A stretch of DNA of 64,000 bases from Chloropicon primus. Taxonomy: Eukaryota. A program made the position numbers and the translations under genes. The notes beneath the pieces were generated by a model, which was not told where the DNA came from, made no database searches, and was given only the letters and a program-made list of their open reading frames with translations. The stretch is from NCBI GenBank assembly GCA_023205875.1, contig CP060758.1, forward strand, positions 372,001 through 436,000, read 5' to 3'. Every line of letters starts with the position of its first letter. Position 1 is the stretch's first letter. Shown in pieces: positions 1-8,887 of the stretch.

Positions 1-824
1 CGAACAAGGTCGTGAAGCCAAAGGTGGAAACCCAGGCTGCTCCGAAGAGGTTGTCCTACGAGGAGAAGGCCGCTCTCGCGAAAAACGAGGCACTGAAGCG
101 CTTGTACAACACCATGGTCGCAAAAAAGAGCAATCTCTCCGTGGCAATGGACGTGAACTCCACCGAGAAAATGCTGGCCTTGGTCGACGAGATTGGCCCG
201 CACATCTGCTGCTTGAAGACGCACGTCGACGTTCTCGACGTTTGGAACGACGGGGTCGCGAAGTCTCTGACAGACCTCGCGGAGAAGCACAACTTTCTGA
301 TCTTCGAGGACAGGAAATTCGCGGACATCGGCAACACGGTCGTCAGCCAGTACTCTGGCGGAGTATACAAGATCTCCGAGTGGTCTGACATTGTTAACGC
401 CCACATCGTTCCAGGGCCCGGCATCGTGGACGGGCTCAAGCAGGTCGGACTCGGGCAGAACAAGGGCCTTCTGCTCTTGGCAGAGATGAGCTCTGCGGGG
501 ACTATGGCCAAGGGCTCGTACACTGAGGAGACAGTGAGAGTTGCGGACGAGAACCCGGACTTCGTGATCGGCTTCATCAGCGTGAACCCAAACTCTTGGA
601 CGAAGAAAAGCAAGGACAGGAGTCTTGTCCACATGACGCCGGGAATAAAGCTGCAGAAGGGAGGCGATGGGCTTGGCCAGCAATACAATGACCCGAAGTC
701 TGCGATCGCGCGCGGGAGTGACGTGCTTATCGTTGGAAGGGGAGTGTACAAGGCGGAAGACCCGAAGAGCTCTGCGGCGGAGTACCAGAAGGCCGGCTGG
801 GAGGCTTATCTCTCCGAACTGTAA
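1..824 (+). CDS. UMPS: UMP synthase / orotidine-5'-phosphate decarboxylase domain (5'-partial)
   Basis: OMPDC motifs LKTHVD, FEDRKFADIGNTV, MTPGI, GDGLGQQY and IVGRG. The frame is open to the window edge, so an OPRT domain may lie upstream. Confidence 0.92.
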   Translation, partial: NKVVKPKVETQAAPKRLSYEEKAALAKNEALKRLYNTMVAKKSNLSVAMDVNSTEKMLALVDEIGPHICCLKTHVDVLDVWNDGVAKSLTDLAEKHNFLIFEDRKFADIGNTVVSQYSGGVYKISEWSDIVNAHIVPGPGIVDGLKQVGLGQNKGLLLLAEMSSAGTMAKGSYTEETVRVADENPDFVIGFISVNPNSWTKKSKDRSLVHMTPGIKLQKGGDGLGQQYNDPKSAIARGSDVLIVGRGVYKAEDPKSSAAEYQKAGWEAYLSEL

Positions 825-873
825 ACACAAGCATAGCATGCATTTTCTTGAATTCGTTTAATGAGCTTAGCCC

Positions 874-1872
874 TCATGTGGCACCGAAGCGCTCCTTCAC
901 CCGATTTGTCACAAACCCTGCCAGGTACAAGACCACGGCCCCGAACAGGGCAGGGTACAATATGTACCACCGGCCCAGGACCTGCAATTTAGTGTCGTGG
1001 ACCATCAGAAGCGCTATGGCTCCGCCCGGAGGGTGAACCGCCCCCGTCCACAGCATGCAGACCAACGTTGCCGTCATCGCCGCAGCCTTGGCCATCGTCG
1101 TGTACCCGAACGCTCTCATCGCCAAGTAGCCGCAGGCTGCCCCAGTCACGTGGCCAACGAGGCCGTTCCATACCCGGATGTTCGCCGAGTCTGGCTGCCC
1201 GAATACGAGTATGCTCAGCGTTCCGAAGCTCCCCAGGATGAAGGGGGCCCCGAGCTTGTGAAAGCCCGAGAAGAAACCCCACCCCATCATGAAATCGCAG
1301 ACGGAACACAACGCCACGACACCCGCGAACATTCCCAAGGCCGAAAGAAGGAGGAACTGACCAGACCCCCGCCTTGCCTTCCCGAGGACGAACCTGTCGT
1401 AGATGACCGACACAACCTTCCTCAACCGTTCCAGCGGCCCCATTCCCCTGAATTCCCTAAGAAACGCTTCGTCCCAGTTGACGCTGCCACTGGCATCGGC
1501 ATTGCCCTCGCAGTGCATGAGCTCCTGGAACTCATCCAGAGTCAGGACACCGCAGGACTTGAGACTGTACTTGTGGAACAAAGCCTCGTACCTCCTCAAA
1601 TCCTCTGCCGAAGCCCCTTTCAACAAGTCCCTCTGGGGCGAGATCCCAGCACCCGCCGGCCCGGTGCTCGCTGCCCCTCCCCTGACAACGCCCCTCCTCT
1701 TCCTCCTGCCGAACCAAGGCACTGACACTGCGCGAGGGAAACGCAAGCCTCTGCCTGTCATGATGACCTGTCCAGGCTTGAACAAAACCGAGGTCCTGGA
1801 GCTTGACGAGGGGCGAGAGCTTCGCGACCCGACCGAGTTGTTAGCCCTGAACGACACGCTGCCCCGATTCAT
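874..1872 (-). CDS. HPP-family membrane protein, probably plastid envelope (nitrite transporter NITR2-like), with an EF-hand-like segment
   Basis: VHPPGGA motif, APFILGSFG motif and several hydrophobic helices. The S/R-rich N-terminus from ATG 1872 looks like a transit peptide. Confidence 0.8.
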   Translation of the reverse strand: MNRGSVSFRANNSVGSRSSRPSSSSRTSVLFKPGQVIMTGRGLRFPRAVSVPWFGRRKRRGVVRGGAASTGPAGAGISPQRDLLKGASAEDLRRYEALFHKYSLKSCGVLTLDEFQELMHCEGNADASGSVNWDEAFLREFRGMGPLERLRKVVSVIYDRFVLGKARRGSGQFLLLSALGMFAGVVALCSVCDFMMGWGFFSGFHKLGAPFILGSFGTLSILVFGQPDSANIRVWNGLVGHVTGAACGYLAMRAFGYTTMAKAAAMTATLVCMLWTGAVHPPGGAIALLMVHDTKLQVLGRWYILYPALFGAVVLYLAGFVTNRVKERFGAT

Positions 1873-1912
1873 CGCGTTCGCCGGCGACGGTACCGCCGTC
1901 TTCCTGGCCACG

Positions 1913-1943
<31 letters not shown>

Positions 1944-2331
1944 GTTCGGTTTGGCACCCTCGCTCCTGAAACGCGGAGTGGAGGAAGATCAAAATTGGAG
2001 CTTGGCCTTGGAGAGAGAGGGGCAACGATGGATGGTGGTGCCAAGGATGTGAACGGAGGGTGCGATGCGGAAGAGGAAACGGAACTACAGTGGGAACATG
2101 ACAAACAGGTTGTACCAGATTGCGCACAGCAGCATTGATACCAACCAGGAAGAGAGGAGTCCATAAGGAACGTCGAACGACGGAAGACAAGCCTGATAAG
2201 TTTTAGGACCCAAAAGGACGGAAGTACGAGTTCATTAAAGACAACACAAAGACAGGAGCGTGAAAACAAAAAGTAGAATTGATTGATTCAACTAGGACAA
2301 GATATGTCCAATAACATAAGAAGCTTATCGC

Positions 2332-5300
2332 TTAGTTATCGCCGTAGGCGGTCTTTCCAGCTGGGGCCTCGTTGTCGTCGTAGTTCTTTCTCTCCTTCAT
2401 GACAGACATGCATCTGTAAGCGTACATGAGTCCGGCAACTCCGACTGGGAAGTAAAGCATGGCAGCCTCAACTCCCTCGAACTTCTCGACGTCCTGCTCA
2501 AGAGCGTTGACACGAGAGTAATCAACCATTGGGACAGCAGCGAGGGAGATCATGAACATACCCTCAATGAAGTTATCAATGTCGTGGAGGAATGGCTTCC
2601 ACATGAAGTGCAAGCAAGAAAGAACCAAGCAGAAGATGGCCATCCAGGACTTGGAGAACAAGGAATCCTGCTCAGCACGGACATCGGGGGTATCAAGAGC
2701 AACGAACAAGGCGATGATGAAGATACGCCTGGACACGTTGAAGGCCTCGTACCACCAGAACTGAGATCTGTATCCGACCCAGAGAGGTCCGTAGCACTTC
2801 TCAACGAATCTGATCCTGTCAGAGTTTGGCTCGTATCCTCCCTTGAGCATTCTGTAGGTCAAGAAGAGAGCGGCCAATGGCAATGGGATCACGTAGACGC
2901 AAAGCAAGATAATAGCAACGGCAAAGAAGGTAGAGTGGTCTCCCTTGTAGCACTCAACACCAGGAGCGTAGGCAAGGACCTCGAAGGCACCAACCTTTCT
3001 GCACTGGAAAAGTCTGAAGACAACAATAGCAATGGTGGAGTGAGAGAACAACATGAGCTGGGTGAACACGTAGGTATACTTGAAGTAGTATGGGGCCTTG
3101 GTGATTCCGAGCTCGGAGAAGGTCTTCTTCTCAAGAACTCCCAGCCTGGAAAGTCTCCTGGTGGTGTTTCTGATGAAGTGTCTCCATCTCTGCTGCATTG
3201 GCACAATCATTCCGTTGAGGAAACCGAAGGCACCGGTGGCTCTGTGGAACATCTCGAAGAGGAACATGACGCCAAGTCCTCCCATGGCAAGGAATGGGAA
3301 CAAGGCTCCGATCAACAAGTTTCCAAGAGCATCGGTATCCCACAAGCACTTCTCAGTCATCTCAACAGCGGTGTAAGAGTTCAAAGAGAACAACTGGGCA
3401 ACAGCAACAGAAGCGGTGAACTCCAAGAGCTGCATGATGTTGAAGTAGTTGGCGAAGGTCTTGACCATGCCCTCTGGGATCAATCCGAATCCCCACAAGG
3501 AGTTACCGTGGTTGACCATCAACAAAGCAGTGCAAGCAGCGAAGGCAAAGAGGATCAAGACAACAAGGGACTCTCCTCCGACACCAGAGCAAGTAGTCAC
3601 GCAAGTGGAGGAGACAAGAACAGCGTTGGAGGTACAAGAACCGCAAAGGATTCCGACCTTGTGGGCGCCGCACTGGGAGGCGGAGCAAGCGTCCTGGAAA
3701 TCAGTGCTGGCAGGGGCAGCAGCGCTGACGCAGGCGGTTCCGTTGGCAGCGATTGGGCACCTGGCAGAGTCGCAGCACCATCCTGGTCTGCACCTGTAGG
3801 TCTTGACATCGGTCATCATGGTGGCTGGGTCAGCCCAGTAGTCTCTCAAAGTGGAAATATCGTATCCTCCCTCGCAAACAGCACCCTTTGGGCAAGTTCT
3901 GCAAGAAGCGTCTCCGTTCAAGTTGTACTCTCCGGATGGGCAAGTTCTGCACTCCTGGAGGTCGGCATCCCAACCCTCACCAATGATGCAATCGTCGGCA
4001 GTGGCGTCCTTTGGAGCGTTGTTCTTTCCCTTGGATCCGTCGGACCAGGTAACCTCAACACCGCTGTTGTAGGTGAAACCAACACCAGAAACCCAGGATC
4101 CCAAGTTGATTGGAGATCCGTCCTGGAAGTTCACAACAAGGTATCTGGCACCAACAACTCTGTCTCCGTTGGCATCGAAACCGACTGGTCCGGTGGCACC
4201 GTTGAAGGAAGTCTTGATGATCTCAGCGAAGAATCCATCAGGATCGGCGGAGATAGAACCGGTCTTGCCCATGTCGACAAACCATCTGTGGGCAGTGTAG
4301 GCGTAGGTCTTCATGATATCGTAGGCATATGGAGCATAAGAACCTGGGTTGCTTGGGTCAAAGGTGGTGATACCGGCGCAAGCATCAGGGGTGGTAGCAT
4401 CGTTGTCAACATCTCCCCTTCTGTGGATGAAGTTTCCGGAGGCGTCCTGGTTGTTGGAGCACACTCCTCCAGCGGTCAAAGTCTGTGGCTGAGCTCCCCA
4501 GAGGGTGGTGTAGTCGGACCACTCCTTGCTGGTCTCATCTCTTCCAGGGGTCAATCCAATGACACCGTTGGAAAGGAACTTAACCTCGGCCTCGGTGATG
4601 CTCTTGGCACGAAGAGCGTCCACCAAGTTAGAGTTCATGATTCCGTCAGCTCCGACCCAGGCGTAGCCAGGTCCTCCGATACCAACAGAGTATCCCTGGT
4701 GGAGAAGGGTAGCACCATCACTGGCCTGAACGACAACAACAATAATACGGGCCTTGGAGGACTTTACGACGGCCAACTCCTTGGTGATATCAGAGGAGTC
4801 CCTGGAGAACACCTGGTAGGTCAAGACGACCTGGTTGGCGATCTTGGCAGCGTCAATGAAAGCCTGGGCACCGGAAGCTCCGTAGGAGGAGGTATCGGAC
4901 ATCACGGCCATCTTCACCCATCCGTACTCCTTTCCAAGCTCGGAAAGTCCAACGGTCTGGAAAGCATCCGAAGGTGGAAGTCTGAAGAAGTATGGGTAGG
5001 TCTCTCCACTGCTCAAGGCAGGGGAAGTGGCAGAGTAAGAGGCCTGTGGGACCTTGTAGGTCTTGAAGGCCAAGGCAGCGTTCATGGTAGGTCCGGAAGA
5101 GGCAGGTCCGCAGACAATCTCGGCTCCCCACTGGGCAACAGAAATAGCAGCGAAGAAAGCCTGACCGGCATCTCTCTTAGAGTCCTCAACCTTGAATTCA
5201 AACCTGTGGTTTGGCAAGAAGGTGGAGTTAGCGTTGAACTCGTTCACGGCCATGATGAAAGCGTGCATACGGCGGATACCAGAGGTATCGGTAGCAGGCT

Positions 5301-5424
5301 TGAACATAGGGAACAGTCCTCCGACCTTAATGACGTTGGTCTTCTGGGCATCGGCAACAAATGCTGCGCTGAGAACGCAAAGCAAGAGTGCGACACCACG
5401 CAACATGGCGGAACCGCGAGCCAT
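2332..5424 (-). CDS. Venus-flytrap (ANF_receptor/mGluR-like) ectodomain + Cys-rich region + ~8-9 TM membrane receptor
   Basis: Signal peptide. VFT motifs IKVGGLFP, GPASSG, SYSATSPALS, YPYFFRLPPSD, WVGADG and FNGATGPVGFD. CxxCP repeats follow, then hydrophobic helices with YRSQFWWYE and WKPF motifs. Intronless 1030-aa ORF. Confidence 0.85.
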   Translation of the reverse strand: MARGSAMLRGVALLLCVLSAAFVADAQKTNVIKVGGLFPMFKPATDTSGIRRMHAFIMAVNEFNANSTFLPNHRFEFKVEDSKRDAGQAFFAAISVAQWGAEIVCGPASSGPTMNAALAFKTYKVPQASYSATSPALSSGETYPYFFRLPPSDAFQTVGLSELGKEYGWVKMAVMSDTSSYGASGAQAFIDAAKIANQVVLTYQVFSRDSSDITKELAVVKSSKARIIVVVVQASDGATLLHQGYSVGIGGPGYAWVGADGIMNSNLVDALRAKSITEAEVKFLSNGVIGLTPGRDETSKEWSDYTTLWGAQPQTLTAGGVCSNNQDASGNFIHRRGDVDNDATTPDACAGITTFDPSNPGSYAPYAYDIMKTYAYTAHRWFVDMGKTGSISADPDGFFAEIIKTSFNGATGPVGFDANGDRVVGARYLVVNFQDGSPINLGSWVSGVGFTYNSGVEVTWSDGSKGKNNAPKDATADDCIIGEGWDADLQECRTCPSGEYNLNGDASCRTCPKGAVCEGGYDISTLRDYWADPATMMTDVKTYRCRPGWCCDSARCPIAANGTACVSAAAPASTDFQDACSASQCGAHKVGILCGSCTSNAVLVSSTCVTTCSGVGGESLVVLILFAFAACTALLMVNHGNSLWGFGLIPEGMVKTFANYFNIMQLLEFTASVAVAQLFSLNSYTAVEMTEKCLWDTDALGNLLIGALFPFLAMGGLGVMFLFEMFHRATGAFGFLNGMIVPMQQRWRHFIRNTTRRLSRLGVLEKKTFSELGITKAPYYFKYTYVFTQLMLFSHSTIAIVVFRLFQCRKVGAFEVLAYAPGVECYKGDHSTFFAVAIILLCVYVIPLPLAALFLTYRMLKGGYEPNSDRIRFVEKCYGPLWVGYRSQFWWYEAFNVSRRIFIIALFVALDTPDVRAEQDSLFSKSWMAIFCLVLSCLHFMWKPFLHDIDNFIEGMFMISLAAVPMVDYSRVNALEQDVEKFEGVEAAMLYFPVGVAGLMYAYRCMSVMKERKNYDDNEAPAGKTAYGDN

Positions 5425-6478
5425 GGTTTATCTTTCGTCTATCTTAAAGGCTTGTGCGACTAGCCTCTCTCTCTCTTTTTGGTCTTCACTGCTTGTCGGT
5501 CAAACACCAACACAGCAAAGGTGGGCGACGTCGTGGCCCAAAAACTGAGCTTGAAGTGGCTTGACTCCAAACCAAGAAGCCTAAAATTGACCCAAAAAGG
5601 ACTGACTAGGATTTGGCGTGCTCGCTTGTTTTTATTCTTTTTGTTTTGTTTTTCCATCTTGCGCAAGATTGTTTTCATGGGAGGCGGCGCGAGGACACGA
5701 AAATCAAACGACTCCGCGAAATCCATCAAACGACTCCACGACGAAGAGACATCGCAGCAATGGAAACACTACACACTACTACGAACGAACACACAACAGT
5801 TCAATTCAATTCAAGTTCAAGTTCAATGTATTTCTTGGGAACGGGTCACCCCAACGGAAAGACTTCAACCGTCGACCATGAGCGGCGGGCTTTCCTTAAT
5901 CACTGCCGTGGTACGGAGTCAAATGTGCGAGTCAAAAATGGTGACAGTCGTTCAAAGTTATGTCGGTTCGCCCCATTTTTTTTTCCAAACACACACACAC
6001 ACAAACAAGGAGATGGGTTTGAACGGGTTTACCTTTGATCTTGCGCCCACACCACGCGATCACTATAACACGAGTCCTCGAGTCGTTTGACTCCACGACC
6101 CCGGGACTCCCGTCATCCGTCGCTTAGGGTCTGCCCTCTCCCTCTCGCCTTGCTAAGAACCCTGACCTAAAAACGGGGTGCATTCACATGGTGGTGCTGC
6201 GTAGACTCGCCGCCAAAAAGCCGACTTGAACGTTGGCCTGGTGAACGGTCTCCTTGGTTTTTGGGAAGGGTTTTTCCCAGCACGTGCTTATCCGTCTGCT
6301 TCAAAAAGTCGCTTGTCAAGGACCTCGTCGACGACGACGAGAAGAGAAGGAAAGTCTTCTCTCTTCTTTCAGTTTTTTGTATTTTTGAGTCTCGTCCAAT
6401 TCTCGTGCAAATCAGGGACACTGATCGAGAGAACCTCGAGAGAGAGAGAGAGACCAACAACCGACAAAACCAACAACC

Positions 6479-6991
<513 letters not shown>

Positions 6992-7262
6992 GCTTTTGCT
7001 CTGGCCGAGGTGCAATCCAGGCCTGTATTATCATCTGTAAATGTTACTTTTTGTGTTTGTGTTTGTGTCTGTGTTTGCGCGCGCGCGTGTGTGCTAAACC
7101 CCGCTCTCCCTTTTGCCATCCCTCTCCACGACGACGACGACGACGTCGCTCGCTCGCACGTCTGGCAGCACTGGGAGCAGCAGCAGGTCGTCCTCTACGA
7201 TAGAGCAACGATAGAACAATACTAATCATGATGTTTTACAATTTTACAAGGACACAAAGCGA

Positions 7263-8594
7263 TCAGCCCCCCAAAGCAGAAGCATCCTTTCCGAACACGA
7301 GGCTCGAGTTCGTCCCCCCGAACCCGAACGAGTTCGTCATGACCACCTCCAGGTCCTCCGCCTCCGTGGCGCCGTCCGCGCCCACCAAGTTCACCCGGCC
7401 CTTCAGGTCCTCCTCCGCCCCCCGGAGGTTCACGTTCGGGGGAAGCCGCTTGGACCCCAGCGCCAGGACGGAGAAGACCGACTCCACGGCCCCAGCCGCC
7501 CCCAGCAAGTGGCCGATGGCGCCCTTCGTGGAGGAGACCCACGGGCCAAGGCGCTCCCCGCCAAACAGCGACGAGATCGCCTCCTGCTCTATCCTGTCCC
7601 CGAGAGGGGTGGACGTGGCGTGAGCGTTGATGTACCCGACGTCGCTGGTGCTCAAGCCGCTGTCGGCCAGGGCCGCCGACATCGAGAGGTAGGCGCCGCT
7701 TCCGTTCTTTGAGGGCTGCGTCATGTGATGAGCGTCCCCACTCCTCCCGTAGCCGATGATCTCCGCGAGAACGTCCACCCCCCTCGCCCTGGCGTGCTCC
7801 AGCTCCTCCAGGACCAGCACCCCCGCCCCCTCGCCGAGGACGAAGCCGCTCCTCTTCTCGTCGAACGGCCTCGAGGCGAGCGCGGGATCCTCGTTGTACT
7901 CCGAAGCCAGGGCCTTCATTCTGGAAAACCCGGTTATCGACAGGACGTCGATGCAGGCCTCCGCCCCGCCCGCCACCATGACATCAGCCTCCCCGTAGCT
8001 TATCATCCGGAAGGCGTCCCCGATGCAGTGGGCTCCGCTCGCGCAGGCCGTGGCCACCGAGTGGTTCGGCCCCCTCAAGCCGTGCTCAATGCTGACGAGC
8101 CCGGAAGCCATGTTGGATAAGATGTGTGGAATAAAGTAAGGACTCACTCGCCTCTCCCTGCCCCCTCCTATCAGGTTGCTCACCGTGTAAAACGCCGAGG
8201 GGTACCCCATACCAGCGCCTATGGAGACCCCAGTCCTGACCTTCTCAAGCTCGCTGGAGGGGTGCCACTTGGCCTGACCCAGGGCCTCCTTCGCCGCGAT
8301 TTGGGCAAACTGCAGGTTCCTGGGCAGGCTCTTCGGGTACTGGCCCTCGATCTCAGCATTGGACACGCATCCTCCTATCTTAACCGCCAGGCGGTCGAAG
8401 TTCTCCGGGGCCTCCTTGATGTCAGACTCCACGAGCTTCCTGACGCCGCTTCTGCCTTGGAGAAGAAGCTCCCAGGACTTGGACGCCCCGACGGCGAGGG
8501 GGGTCACGAGGCCAAGGCCTGTGACCGCGACCCTCCTCGGAGGGCGAGAGGCCCTCTCCTGCAAAGCTCGAGCGACCCTCGACCTCCACGGCAT
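7263..8594 (-). CDS. OXSM: 3-oxoacyl-ACP synthase II, probably mitochondrial (FabF/OXSM type)
   Basis: Motifs RRVAVTGLG, TACASG (catalytic Cys), INAHATST, STKGAIGH and NSFGFGG. Short R-rich presequence. Confidence 0.92.
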   Translation of the reverse strand: MPWRSRVARALQERASRPPRRVAVTGLGLVTPLAVGASKSWELLLQGRSGVRKLVESDIKEAPENFDRLAVKIGGCVSNAEIEGQYPKSLPRNLQFAQIAAKEALGQAKWHPSSELEKVRTGVSIGAGMGYPSAFYTVSNLIGGGRERRVSPYFIPHILSNMASGLVSIEHGLRGPNHSVATACASGAHCIGDAFRMISYGEADVMVAGGAEACIDVLSITGFSRMKALASEYNEDPALASRPFDEKRSGFVLGEGAGVLVLEELEHARARGVDVLAEIIGYGRSGDAHHMTQPSKNGSGAYLSMSAALADSGLSTSDVGYINAHATSTPLGDRIEQEAISSLFGGERLGPWVSSTKGAIGHLLGAAGAVESVFSVLALGSKRLPPNVNLRGAEEDLKGRVNLVGADGATEAEDLEVVMTNSFGFGGTNSSLVFGKDASALGG

Positions 8595-8887
8595 GTCCTA
8601 AGGAGTGAGGCCTCCTCCCGCCCGCCAGAAAAAGTGGATCTGCTCTGAGCACTCAGCAGGAGATGATGGTTGTCGGGGAAGCGAAGCAAGAGTAAGAAAA
8701 GGTACGCACATGCGCGTGGACACGCAGCCACCACAAGCAGTCCCGGCCCCTTTCTCTCCTCCTCCCGCGGATTGGCTCTTGTGCTCGCTCGGCATGCCTT
8801 GAGCTGAGCGTTATGAGTAAGGAGAGGACATGTTTCTCGATGAATTAGTATACTAAACTATTGGTAAACAAACGAAGGAAGAATCTT

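Noticed and set aside
1873..2190. N-terminal extension of the HPP ORF
   Set aside because: It starts at a non-ATG codon and crosses a (CA)n microsatellite. ATG 1872 gives a plausible transit peptide.
2584..5463. 959-aa plus-strand ORF
   Set aside because: In-register antisense shadow of the codon-biased receptor gene, with no recognisable motifs.
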